Position numbers and translations under genes: made by a program. From a virus (Duplodnaviria; Heunggongvirae; Uroviricota; Caudoviricetes): 64,000 nucleotides of DNA. The stretch spans positions 1 to 64,000 of the IMG/VR virus record IMGVR_UViG_2671180676_000004. One strand, written 5' to 3'. Of this stretch, positions 20,239 to 29,053 are shown one piece after another (position 1 is the first letter of the stretch; each line of letters opens with the position of its first letter). Under the pieces are notes generated by a model. That model searched no databases. It saw only the letters and a program-made list of their open reading frames with translations, and had not been told where the DNA came from.

Positions 20239-20550
20239 ATGAAAAAATCATTGGTTCTTGGTCTGGACAAAGACCAGAAGAGAAAAGAGAAGCCTGCACT
20301 GGTTGCTCAATTAACTTTGCTAGACATCGTTGCCAATGGAACTTCTATTCGTCTGTTCCGTGAAACAGCGGTGTCTTTCGATAAAAACACCTTTACTCGT
20401 TATGTAATGAATGTTCGTCGCCAGCGTGGAAAAGGATGGGTGGCATTTCAAAGAATGTGGCCGGAACATCAGCTCGAACTGGCCTTGATGGAAGTTAACC
20501 GCGTGGCCCAGCAAGAAATTCAGAGAGCATCAGTGATGGCAATAGCCTGA
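20239..20550 (+). CDS. Hypothetical protein (103 aa)
   Basis: ATG 20239 with SD GGAG. Confidence 0.5.
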   Translation: MKKSLVLGLDKDQKRKEKPALVAQLTLLDIVANGTSIRLFRETAVSFDKNTFTRYVMNVRRQRGKGWVAFQRMWPEHQLELALMEVNRVAQQEIQRASVMAIA

Positions 20551-20584
20551 TAATGTGCAAGTGGTAATTAGTCGACAGTACGAC

Positions 20585-20612
20585 AGCCCCGCCATCCTTA
20601 CGGGGCTTTTTT
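20585..20612 (+). terminator. Intrinsic terminator
   Basis: agccccg-ccatcctta-cggggct + TTTTTT. Confidence 0.8.
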
Positions 20613-20618
20613 GTATTG

Positions 20619-20634
20619 TAAGTACATACTTACG
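20619..20634. repeat. Motif B palindrome (gtaagtacatacttac)
   Basis: 7-bp arms GTAAGTA/TACTTAC upstream of gene 20677. Confidence 0.5.
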
Positions 20635-20676
20635 ATCATAGAATATAAAAATAACCAATACACTACGGAGAGTGAA

Positions 20677-21072
20677 ATGACCGTTAAACGCGAAAAACTG
20701 ACAGTTGATGTTTACTATGCCTCTGAAACCGCCGAAGGTAAGAATGTGGCAAAAATCACCGTTGTTACGTACAACACCGAAACTGGTGCCGAAGTCCAGG
20801 CCAGTACGATCGTGCGTAAAGGTGACGCCTCCGGCGGCGAGTACGCGACTCAATACCAGTCCATTCTCGATGCAACTGACCCGCTGCTGCTGAAAATCGA
20901 GAACTACTTCCGCCAGGTTGATGAAGAGGTGTTTGAAACCATGATGAATATGGTTAACACCGTATTCGCCTCCAGCCTGAACACCAGCACCACCTGGATT
21001 GGCCAGTACGGTCTGCGCATTACCTCTGGCATTCCTGCCGACACCTTAATCCCTGAAAGCGTATTCGCTTAA
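20677..21072 (+). CDS. Hypothetical protein (131 aa)
   Basis: ATG 20677 with SD GGAG; bracketed by intrinsic terminators. Confidence 0.5.
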   Translation: MTVKREKLTVDVYYASETAEGKNVAKITVVTYNTETGAEVQASTIVRKGDASGGEYATQYQSILDATDPLLLKIENYFRQVDEEVFETMMNMVNTVFASSLNTSTTWIGQYGLRITSGIPADTLIPESVFA

Positions 21073-21081
21073 TCCTCTTTA

Positions 21082-21108
21082 AATGGCGCGTAAACCGCGC
21101 CATTTTAT
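21082..21108 (+). terminator. Intrinsic terminator
   Basis: aatggcgcg-taaac-cgcgccatt + TTATTA. Confidence 0.7.
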
Positions 21109-21118
21109 TATGCCCGAT

Positions 21119-21131
21119 AACAATTTGTTTT
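21119..21131 (+). promoter_or_regulatory. Motif A variant (aacaatttgtttt)
   Basis: Upstream of ATG 21154/21190. Confidence 0.35.
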
Positions 21132-21189
21132 CTGCCTTATCAGATTTGTGAAAATGATTTCACTGAAGCAACTTAATAAGGAAACCATC

Positions 21190-21564
21190 ATGGGACTTGA
21201 TATCTATATCGAGACACAGCCTAAAAACGATCTGAATAACGAGGCATCCAGAAAGCAGGTTGCTTACTTCCGTAAGTTCAATGCGCTCGTTGGGTGGATG
21301 GAGCGCAACGTAGGTGAAGTCGAAAATTGTGAGCTTTTAGAATTAACGATGAATGACATTTGTCTTCTGAAAGCTCATTTGATGCACATAAACGAAAGCA
21401 ATTGCGAAGAGTACTTGCCTACTCGGGAAGGTTTTTTCTTCGGCAGTCAGGAGTACGACGAAGGTTACTGGCATGACGTGGATAAGCTGAAAAAACTTGT
21501 GGAAGACCTGATCAGGAACCACGACTTTCACAATAACAGACTGACCTTCTGCGCCTGGTGGTAA
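21190..21564 (+). CDS. Hypothetical protein (124 aa)
   Basis: ATG 21190 with SD AAGGA; in-frame alternative ATG 21154 lacks an SD. Confidence 0.45.
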   Translation: MGLDIYIETQPKNDLNNEASRKQVAYFRKFNALVGWMERNVGEVENCELLELTMNDICLLKAHLMHINESNCEEYLPTREGFFFGSQEYDEGYWHDVDKLKKLVEDLIRNHDFHNNRLTFCAWW

Positions 21565-21566
21565 AT

Positions 21567-21710
21567 ATGGGCGATTTCAAGAAACGCCTGAAGGAAAGAG
21601 CCGAGATGGTCAGAAAGCAAAACGCCTCTTCTGTCATCAGATACGCAAGGCAGTTTAGTCGCAACAACAAATCAGTTGAGGAAAAGATCCTTAGCGTAAT
21701 CGGTCGATAA
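21567..21710 (+). CDS. Possible coupled small ORF (47 aa)
   Basis: ATG 2 nt after upstream stop (MGDFKKRLKERAEMVRKQNASS…); followed by hairpin 21716-21741. Confidence 0.25.
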   Translation: MGDFKKRLKERAEMVRKQNASSVIRYARQFSRNNKSVEEKILSVIGR

Positions 21711-21715
21711 TTATT

Positions 21716-21741
21716 AAGGCCATCAGCATTGATGGCCTTAA
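21716..21741. terminator. Perfect 8-bp-stem hairpin (ggccatca-gcat-tgatggcc)
   Basis: Perfect stem but no T-run, so terminator function uncertain. Confidence 0.35.
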
Positions 21742-21764
21742 ATGACCATCCTGTTTCCCGCAGG

Positions 21765-21850
21765 CTAAAAACACCAACCTCTTACCTCCAGGCAACCGAC
21801 AAACCCACCTGTTCCCGTCCGGCTACCGCAACTTTCCACTTTGACGCCTT
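21765..21850. repeat. Repeat related to 18590-18680
   Basis: accaacctctt…caggc(a/t)accg(a)ca(a)acccacct… shared between the two loci. Confidence 0.45.
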
Positions 21851-21879
21851 ATTCGTACAACGATAATTAACACCAATAA

Positions 21880-21893
21880 GAAAACAATTTGTT
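21880..21893 (+). promoter_or_regulatory. Motif A palindrome
   Basis: gaaaacaatttgtt, 22 nt before ATG 21915. Confidence 0.45.
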
Positions 21894-21914
21894 ATTTACG
21901 ATAAGGAATTAATC

Positions 21915-22397
21915 ATGAATTTTATCGCTACTGTAAACGCACCCGCACATGGCAATATCGCTGTAACGTTCTCTGACATTGAAAAACGAGTACTTGGTGC
22001 ATGGCGCGACAATGAGACGGTAGAACTGTCAGCACAAGAAAAATGCATTATTGCACGCGACATCATTGGCAATCGTCGTTACTCGCGGGTATTTGAGAAA
22101 GCGTATGTGGTAAATTCTGGATTCGGAACGTTCGTCTTTCCGGTGCGCTCCGGGCGATTCTGCCAGTCCAAGCTGATTGAGTTCGCTACGCAGATTTCTG
22201 TCTGGATTAAAACTCAATCGTCGTTCAAATTTTCCGACGATGAAGCAGTATCGCAGGGGATGCGGATCGCCAACAATGCGATTAAATGCAAAAACATTAC
22301 GTATACCGCTGGCGTTGACACATGGAAACTGTTTTGCGCTAACTTTATGCTGAATGTATACGCAAGCAACCGCATCCACATCCTTGATGGCGTGTAA
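21915..22397 (+). CDS. Hypothetical protein (160 aa)
   Basis: ATG 21915 with SD AAGGA. Confidence 0.5.
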   Translation: MNFIATVNAPAHGNIAVTFSDIEKRVLGAWRDNETVELSAQEKCIIARDIIGNRRYSRVFEKAYVVNSGFGTFVFPVRSGRFCQSKLIEFATQISVWIKTQSSFKFSDDEAVSQGMRIANNAIKCKNITYTAGVDTWKLFCANFMLNVYASNRIHILDGV

Positions 22398-22404
22398 CTG
22401 AGAA

Positions 22405-22428
22405 GAGGGCCAGAAACGGCCCTTTATC
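22405..22428 (+). terminator. Terminator-like hairpin (gagggcc-agaaac-ggccctt)
   Basis: Stem-loop right after the stop of 21915..22397; weak T tract. Confidence 0.45.
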
Positions 22429-22440
22429 TATAGCCACCAG

Positions 22441-22525
22441 CTGCCGCAGGGAAATTTTCAGAAACGGCGAGGAACGTATTCATGAGCCGACGGGGAACGG
22501 CCAGGATTTTTTCGGGAAACGGCTG
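22441..22525. repeat. Second iteron-like block (GGGAAAcGGc-type repeats)
   Basis: cagggaaa, cagaaacggcg, aggaacg, ggggaacggcc, cgggaaacggctg. Confidence 0.4.
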
Positions 22526-22987
22526 CATTCGCCTTTATGTAGAAAAAACATCGGGAAGCTGGTGGAATCCAACCAGCGGTTGTCGGACAGGTGAGCGGGG
22601 AAAATTATGATGACTTTCGTCACCTGAGACATCCAGATTTCTTTCGTAGCATAATTACATACGTGATTAAGTGGTGTGATTATGTGAAAAATCACGCGCA
22701 CATAATACGCGAGCGGATACGGAACAAAACAAAATGCCGATCCGCGCCGACAAATAAACGCGGATCATAAAGCAAGACTAAAAGCCAATGATTAACCATA
22801 CTCTATAGCGCAATATAACGCGTTTTAAGCGCGTTAATGTGTTAAGTAATGGGTATGTACTGGTAAGGATATAAAAGCGCGTCTATGGCGTTATTTTGGC
22901 GCTTATTTTTATGTTGTTGGAGTGAGTTAAAGACAATAAAAAACGCGCTAATGATGGCGCGTTATGGTGGGAGTATTGGAAACGAAA

Positions 22988-23006
22988 AAAGCGCCCATAG
23001 TGGGCG
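22988..23006. terminator. Bidirectional hairpin (agcgccca-tag-tgggcgct)
   Basis: On the minus strand it is followed by TTTTTT, so likely terminates the minus-strand operon ending at 23014. Confidence 0.6.
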
Positions 23007-23013
23007 CTCGATT

Positions 23014-23244
23014 TTATTTGTGTAAACTGATTTTAAATCCCATTTCTACAAACGCTTTTAACATTAAAAATATATCAGCGTCGTTCACGTCTGCTTTTTT
23101 TCGCTCCTGGTCGCTCAATAAGTCAATTTTGCGCGTCGTTTCATCTATAAGCTCGACTGCGCGCCCAGCGTAACCAGCGATCCCAGCGATGCGATTAACA
23201 TAATATTCATTATGGACGTTAACGCCAGCGATAAGAACAAACAT
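23014..23244 (-). CDS. Hypothetical protein (76 aa)
   Basis: ORF in the AT-rich cassette. Confidence 0.4.
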   Translation of the reverse strand: MFVLIAGVNVHNEYYVNRIAGIAGYAGRAVELIDETTRKIDLLSDQERKKADVNDADIFLMLKAFVEMGFKISLHK

Positions 23245-23263
23245 GATTAAGCTCCTTAAAAAA

Positions 23264-23467
23264 TTAAATAGAATTTTGAAGTTTTCCGATTAATGCGCTT
23301 AAACGTAAGTATTCACGTTTACGCTTGCAATCTCGCTTGCTGTTAAGCAAATCAGAAAACGTAAAATTTAATTGGTCGCGTTGCGCGATCAAATCATCGA
23401 TTAATTCCAGTTTATAAGCGCGATACTTTGCGCGATATTCCGCGCGGATCTTGTCATAGCTGACCAT
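23264..23467 (-). CDS. Hypothetical protein (67 aa)
   Basis: ATG 23467 with SD AGGAG; track ORF trimmed because its upstream part overlaps the hairpin. Confidence 0.4.
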   Translation of the reverse strand: MVSYDKIRAEYRAKYRAYKLELIDDLIAQRDQLNFTFSDLLNSKRDCKRKREYLRLSALIGKLQNSI

Positions 23468-23488
23468 TTTTAAAGCTCCTTTAAAGCG

Positions 23489-23507
23489 CCCACTATGGGC
23501 GCTTGAT
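23489..23507. repeat. Inverted copy of the 22988-23006 hairpin
   Basis: agcgccca-cta-tgggcgct, reverse complement of the first copy. Confidence 0.5.
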
Positions 23508-23515
23508 TCCATTAA

Positions 23516-24166
23516 TTACGCTTTGAAAGCATCAGCTAAATAATTGTAGAAATCATTTTTAATGAAGCGATATTGCTGAGTACCAGCTTTCGCACTCCCA
23601 GCTCCTTTGACTTTTTCAACAAGTCCAAGACGTTCGCAAAGATTGATCAACTGGTTGGCTTGAGTATAGCCAGCGTCCAATTTAATTTCACACGCTTTTT
23701 TAGCTTCATTCATTAAATCGAAAACAGCGCCATTGGTGAACGTGTCGATCTCGTCGTTAATCATATCGATTAAAGCGAATACACGAGATCCAGACATATC
23801 AGCGATGGAATAAACGCATTTACCAGATTTAATTGATTTAACCAGATAAACCAGTTTTTCCAGAGAATAACTATTAGTCATTGCATCACGAAAAAATACT
23901 TCTGGCGCTTGTTTGCTTGCTTTAATCGCATAGTAGAAAACAGAGCATAATTTTTCGTCTTCTACTGCGTTTACGACGTTGTTGATGAAGTAAGCAAGTT
24001 TAGTGGTCGCAGCTTGCATATTTGCTTTGTCTGCTTTAGTGTGCGTACCATTTTTATAATGTTCGTTATATGTTTGAGTTGCCAGATCTGCTTTTTCGCG
24101 CAGTTCATCGGATACAATGGAAGCAGCTTCAATGATGGATTTTTTAGAAATGATAATGTTAGCCAT
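23516..24166 (-). CDS. Hypothetical protein (216 aa)
   Basis: ORF in AT-rich DNA; no recognisable motif. Confidence 0.5.
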   Translation of the reverse strand: MANIIISKKSIIEAASIVSDELREKADLATQTYNEHYKNGTHTKADKANMQAATTKLAYFINNVVNAVEDEKLCSVFYYAIKASKQAPEVFFRDAMTNSYSLEKLVYLVKSIKSGKCVYSIADMSGSRVFALIDMINDEIDTFTNGAVFDLMNEAKKACEIKLDAGYTQANQLINLCERLGLVEKVKGAGSAKAGTQQYRFIKNDFYNYLADAFKA

Positions 24167-24449
24167 GATAATTTTTCCTTATGTAAATTTAAAATTTATT
24201 GTCGTTAGCGTCTTCGCTTTCGACGAGTTCAATTATCGATACGCGAAAAAAGATTGCAAGTGTTTTTTTAAAATTTTTTGCAGGGATGAAAGTCCTAGAA
24301 ATAAAAGCGAGATCGTCGAAGGTGTTCCCTAAATAAATAATCGATTCCGGCTTTCGACCTTATATATATTTAGATTATTTGATTTATAGATATAAAGAAG
24401 TGATGTGAAAAATAATAACCGGACTTAGCCGGTTATTAACCTTATAGAT

Positions 24450-24758
24450 TTATTGAACAGACTCTACAGCCTTACGATTGGTGTCAAATAGCGCATCAAC
24501 GAACTGTGCCGATGACTCGCTAGATTCGCAATCCAACATTGCCCGTTCTTCATTTGCCACTTTCTTACACAGTTCCACATTCTCACCTATCGCTTTTCCT
24601 GCTTTTACGGCTGCCGAAAATTGATACATGCAAACTGATACATTCTGAGACGTTGAGCACACGTCATTCATCAGCGACTGAATGACAGGCTTATAGTCCA
24701 TTGCATTTGCCGCAACTGAGCAAAGTAAAAATAATGGTGGTAACAATATCGATTTCAT
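24450..24758 (-). CDS. Secreted Cys-containing small protein (102 aa)
   Basis: N-terminal signal peptide MKSILLPPLFLLCSVAANA; four later Cys. Confidence 0.5.
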   Translation of the reverse strand: MKSILLPPLFLLCSVAANAMDYKPVIQSLMNDVCSTSQNVSVCMYQFSAAVKAGKAIGENVELCKKVANEERAMLDCESSESSAQFVDALFDTNRKAVESVQ

Positions 24759-24761
24759 AAC

Positions 24762-25286
24762 TCAAAAAGGCAAAATTCGTTCAACCCAATCGAACAAAAC
24801 AACTATTTTTCTACCGTTCTCGACACGTAGTGTAACCTGACAAGCATCTGCGCCTGCTGACACCCCCTCAATTTCACGGCCATCCGCCATGTACACCCTT
24901 ATAGATTTGTTTGCTTTGTAGGCTTGGTTGCAAATTGCAAAAAAATCGCGGCGTGATGGCCGATTATCGACATAATCAGGGTGAACTGTTAGTCGACCTT
25001 TGAAATCGTGAGCGATACTGTCAACCACACCTGATTCAATTGTACTAATGCGTTCAAGTGGGAGCCTTATACGATTTTCTTTGTCAAAAGGGGCTGGGCA
25101 AAGGTCAACTTTGTTACGAGATGGCATGAGGCCATAAACGTACATGCAAAACGCCTGGCCATCTTCGAGAGTGACCCTTACAGGAATTTGTTCTCTGCGC
25201 CAGAACATCAGTAGTTTTTCAACGTTAGTGTAATCTCGCGGCCAGAGTTCAGCTTGGATACCGTAGGTAATATCTTTGGTTGTCAT
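24762..25286 (-). CDS. Hypothetical protein (174 aa)
   Basis: Start set at MTTKD to avoid overlap with the upstream lipoprotein gene. Confidence 0.45.
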   Translation of the reverse strand: MTTKDITYGIQAELWPRDYTNVEKLLMFWRREQIPVRVTLEDGQAFCMYVYGLMPSRNKVDLCPAPFDKENRIRLPLERISTIESGVVDSIAHDFKGRLTVHPDYVDNRPSRRDFFAICNQAYKANKSIRVYMADGREIEGVSAGADACQVTLRVENGRKIVVLFDWVERILPF

Positions 25287-25290
25287 GTCA

Positions 25291-25713
25291 TCACAGAGTT
25301 GTTGGCAGAATGTCGATGTCACCAGAATTGCTGGTGAACACCCTGAACGCTTTTGTGTCTCCATTCTTCAGAGTCGTTTCTCGCTCTTGACGAGCGGGGT
25401 TTAGAGCACATAAACCTGCACCTTCAAGAGATGCACCCACAATTAATTCTCCGGCATTTAAATGGAAAGTCGCTTTTTCGCCTGTAGCCAGTTTTGCGAC
25501 AGTTTCGCCGTTGATGAAAATGGAAGCATCACATCCAGCTCCTACAAAACCTGTGTCTCTCATTACCACCAACGTAGCTGGCGCTGCGCTTTGATACTTG
25601 AACACTTTGGCCTGCGGTGCTGGTTTGGCGTCATGGATTGATATTGGGCGTGATTGGCACGCGGTAAGCATCAACACTGGTAACGTTAGTAGAGGGAGAA
25701 GCGAGTATTTCAT
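25291..25713 (-). CDS. Putative lipoprotein (140 aa)
   Basis: Signal peptide with lipobox MKYSLLPLLTLPVLMLTAC. Confidence 0.5.
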   Translation of the reverse strand: MKYSLLPLLTLPVLMLTACQSRPISIHDAKPAPQAKVFKYQSAAPATLVVMRDTGFVGAGCDASIFINGETVAKLATGEKATFHLNAGELIVGASLEGAGLCALNPARQERETTLKNGDTKAFRVFTSNSGDIDILPTTL

Positions 25714-25781
25714 GATAGTTTTAGAACAGAAAGTGAACAGTATGGGAGACTTCATCTTTGTCTCCCTAATTGATAGCGTGA

Positions 25782-26060
25782 TTATTTTAATCTGCTTAAT
25801 AGCGTTTCGAGATCTTCCTTTGTCATATTAGAGTTCTCATAGATACGCATGATTTTCTCACGAGTCTTAGCGGAAGCCCCGACAGAAGATATAACCTTGT
25901 CAAAGTCGGCCATTGTCAATTGTTCCAGAATGGTATTTATGACTTCAGCCTTAGACATTTTGATATTTTTTTCTTTTAGTTTCACTTGAAACTTTCCAAG
26001 TTTGTCATTGGCCTTATCAGACAATGCTACCTGACAATAAGTTGTTTTCTTTTCGCTCAT
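25782..26060 (-). CDS. Hypothetical protein (92 aa)
   Basis: ORF 2 nt downstream of the helicase gene. Confidence 0.45.
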   Translation of the reverse strand: MSEKKTTYCQVALSDKANDKLGKFQVKLKEKNIKMSKAEVINTILEQLTMADFDKVISSVGASAKTREKIMRIYENSNMTKEDLETLLSRLK

Positions 26061-26062
26061 AA

Positions 26063-27622
26063 CTAATCTCGTTTCAGAACTCCAAAATCGAATGCTCCAT
26101 CAATAGGCAATACACCTTCTGCAAAGCCAGGTGTGGTGTCGATGATGTGTTTTCGCTCATAAGAGTGAGACAACAGGTATTTGTTGCTAATGTCAATGAA
26201 ATCAGTGATAAAACACACGTTTGCCTGATTTTTTTTGGCTCGTAAGCCACGACCGACACGCTGCCTCATTTCAACTTCTGCTTTCCCACCACCAGCAAGA
26301 ATGACCGCACCAACGCTTGGCACATCAACACCGACATCCAGAATAGTCGAGCCTATTAAAACATCTATTTCTCCAGACGCTAAACTGTTCAGCTTTGCTT
26401 GCCTTGTCGCCTGGTTAGATTCCCCATAGATGAAGTCAACTCTAAGGCCGGACTCTTTCATCATTTCCATCAGGATTTGCCCGTGGCGTTTAAGACGAAC
26501 CAGAGTCATACAATTGAGAGAATGTTGCTTATAGAGCAATGCTTCGCGAACAATGGCCTCGTTACGTCCCAAATTATACACGATCCCCAACTGATAAGCC
26601 TTTTGGTAGGCGGTGCTCATACCAACTCTAAAATTGAGGTGTTTGTTGGCAAGTTCGGCCTTGATTCTGGCCTCGTCTGGCTTGTAGGCAACTTTATGAT
26701 AAAGGAAGTACGGCTTTGCCAGAATGCCTCGATCAATCAGGTACTTTTCTGTGACTTTAATTTCAATTCGCCCGGCCACCGCCATCAGGCGCATGTTGGC
26801 TTCCGTCGAATCCTTCATGAACGGCGTGGCTGTAAGCGCCAGACGATAGTCTGCGTTCACACATAATCTGGCGATGTCATAGAAATTTGAGCCTGAAGAC
26901 TCATGCGCCTCTTCCAGAATAAGAAGAGAGACACTTGAAAGGAAGCGTTTCACCAACTCCCGACGTTTGAGGTGGTAGCTTTTCTTATCTGGTGTTGCAT
27001 CGCGTGGTGGTTCTTCGAGGAAACTTGCAAGAGTTTGAACTGTAGCGACGTTGATATGTCGTGATACCTGGAACTCACCCGAGCCAATGACTCCAACCTT
27101 TTGGTCTTTTAACCACGGTTCGCCATTTTCGGCGCGGTAGTCGATGGATCTCTGGAAGTTTTCGGCCATTTGAAACATCAGAACAGAGCGGGTTGTTAAA
27201 AATAATGTCATTCGACCGATACGTGCAGCTGCTTTGCAGGCAACGTTAGATTTCCCGCCACCAGTAGCGATCTGCGCAATCATCATTCCCTCTCGAACCA
27301 GTGTTTCCACAGTCTGATCCTGATACGCATAATCAGGATTGTATGGGAATGGGTTAACCGCAGGATTTGGTTTACCAAGCGCCGGGGCTTTGTCTTTGCG
27401 GATATGAACACATTTGATGCCCGCCTTGTTCAAGTTCGCCGCTACAGGCTTGGCAAAGCCAGCAGGGAACGAGTTTTTACTCCAGTTGAACATCGTGCTT
27501 GTGCCCTTCCAGTCGCCAGTCTCGACTTCGTAGCTCAACATCTGTTGCACCATTTGCTTTACCTTGTCATCTGCGCCAGAAATAAGCGCATTAACTGCGT
27601 TAGATACAATCCGAACAGTCAT
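26063..27622 (-). CDS. SF2 DEAD/DEAH-box-type helicase
   Basis: Motif I ATGGGKS, motif II LEEAHE, motif VI QRVGRGLR. Confidence 0.8.
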   Translation of the reverse strand: MTVRIVSNAVNALISGADDKVKQMVQQMLSYEVETGDWKGTSTMFNWSKNSFPAGFAKPVAANLNKAGIKCVHIRKDKAPALGKPNPAVNPFPYNPDYAYQDQTVETLVREGMMIAQIATGGGKSNVACKAAARIGRMTLFLTTRSVLMFQMAENFQRSIDYRAENGEPWLKDQKVGVIGSGEFQVSRHINVATVQTLASFLEEPPRDATPDKKSYHLKRRELVKRFLSSVSLLILEEAHESSGSNFYDIARLCVNADYRLALTATPFMKDSTEANMRLMAVAGRIEIKVTEKYLIDRGILAKPYFLYHKVAYKPDEARIKAELANKHLNFRVGMSTAYQKAYQLGIVYNLGRNEAIVREALLYKQHSLNCMTLVRLKRHGQILMEMMKESGLRVDFIYGESNQATRQAKLNSLASGEIDVLIGSTILDVGVDVPSVGAVILAGGGKAEVEMRQRVGRGLRAKKNQANVCFITDFIDISNKYLLSHSYERKHIIDTTPGFAEGVLPIDGAFDFGVLKRD

Positions 27623-27668
27623 AAACCTCTTTCCTTAGTGCCTTTTGTATGTTATTTGGCTATTATAA

Positions 27669-27687
27669 TAAGTAAGTGATTACTTAG
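27669..27687. repeat. Motif B copy (taagtaagtgattacttag)
   Basis: In the divergent region between the helicase and ParB-like operons. Confidence 0.5.
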
Positions 27688-27704
27688 TGGATTGTAGCAA
27701 TAAA

Positions 27705-28385
27705 ATGGATGTAAAAATCACGATTTTGCAGGTTGATGTTGCCAACCTTCGCCCGAATACCTGGAACACCAATTCGGTTGGTGCGCAGAATTTTGAAAAA
27801 CTGAAAGGTTCTATCGAAAAATTGGGCTTTTTTAAGCCAATTTTGGCTCGTGAACTTGAAGATGGATTTTTTGAAATCCTCGGCGGCGAACATCGCTGGC
27901 GTGCTGCTATTGAGCAAGGAATTTCAACGGTTCCGGTGCTTTCTGTGGGCAAAATTAGCGATGTCGTAGCTAAACAGATGTCACTGGTGGACAACGAGCG
28001 ATACGGTGAAGACGACCAAATCGCATTGCAACGCTTCATTGAAGAAATTCAGTCAGAACTTGACTATCAACTGTCTGAAATCGCCCCGTATGACGACGAA
28101 ATCTCGATGGTTTTAGCAAAAGAGGCGGCAATCGACCTTGAAGCACTGGAGGCGTTGTCTCGTGGTAGTGATGAGCCTGTCGATACCGACAAACGAGAGA
28201 AAACCGAACGTGTGGGTGCGGAACATCAGACCATGCGCTTCAAAGTAACTTTCGATGCGTCAGATCGTGTTGCAGAAACCATAAAAAACATCATCAAAGA
28301 GCAGGCTATTAACACCGGTAATGAAATGGAGAACGCTGGTGAGGCTCTGGTGTGGCTGGTCGACTACTACAAGGAGCGTATGTAA
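27705..28385 (+). CDS. ParB/Srx-like nuclease-domain protein
   Basis: ParB N-domain motif GGEHRWRAA. Confidence 0.7.
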   Translation: MDVKITILQVDVANLRPNTWNTNSVGAQNFEKLKGSIEKLGFFKPILARELEDGFFEILGGEHRWRAAIEQGISTVPVLSVGKISDVVAKQMSLVDNERYGEDDQIALQRFIEEIQSELDYQLSEIAPYDDEISMVLAKEAAIDLEALEALSRGSDEPVDTDKREKTERVGAEHQTMRFKVTFDASDRVAETIKNIIKEQAINTGNEMENAGEALVWLVDYYKERM

Positions 28386-29053
28386 TGACCAAAAAGTTTG
28401 AAATCGTATATCGCGACCCGGCAGATCTTATTCCCTATGAGATGAATGCCAAAAAGCATGATGAACAGCAGATCCGAGATCTGGCCGCAGCCATTAAAAA
28501 GCGCGGATTTGACCAGCCAATTACGGTCGATAAGAACGACGTAATTATTACTGGCCACGGCCGCCGTGAGGCTGCAATTTTTGCTGGACTTGAGCGCGTA
28601 CCGGTTATTGTTCGCGATGATCTCAGTGATGACGAGGTTCGTGCGAAGCGCCTTGAAGATAACCGACTTGCCAGCATTGATTACGATGCAATTAAGCTAC
28701 AGAAAGAGCTTGAGTCGCTTGTTCTGGACGATATCGAGGTTTTCGGCTTTGAAGAGCGTGAGTTGAATGTTCTCGTTGGCAGTATGACAGAAGAAATGGA
28801 CACCGACTCGCTAGTTATCGATCTTGGCGAAGAAACTAAACGACAGAAGGATGAACACACCGAGATCAGTCGTGAAGTTGCAGCGGAAGAAGTACGTGTT
28901 GTCGACGTATTGGGCTTTAAAACGCTCCCTGCTGGCTCTGCCATTGTTGTTGGTGATTTGCTTGCCCATATGGAAGAAATGACGGGAGAAAGCGGGGTAG
29001 ACGCATTTGTGGCATATGCGGAGAAGATCTCTTCCGGGGAGATGGCTGCATGA
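28385..29053 (+). CDS. ParB/Srx-like domain protein (paralogue)
   Basis: Motif TGHGRREAA; ATG overlaps the upstream stop (TAATG); SD AAGGAG. Confidence 0.7.
   Translation: MTKKFEIVYRDPADLIPYEMNAKKHDEQQIRDLAAAIKKRGFDQPITVDKNDVIITGHGRREAAIFAGLERVPVIVRDDLSDDEVRAKRLEDNRLASIDYDAIKLQKELESLVLDDIEVFGFEERELNVLVGSMTEEMDTDSLVIDLGEETKRQKDEHTEISREVAAEEVRVVDVLGFKTLPAGSAIVVGDLLAHMEEMTGESGVDAFVAYAEKISSGEMAA

Noticed and set aside
26031-26060. Motif A-like sequence (gaaaacaacttattg) on the minus strand at the start of gene 25782..26060
   Set aside because: Lies inside the coding sequence (encodes KKTTYCQ) and has only one half-site, so probably coincidental.
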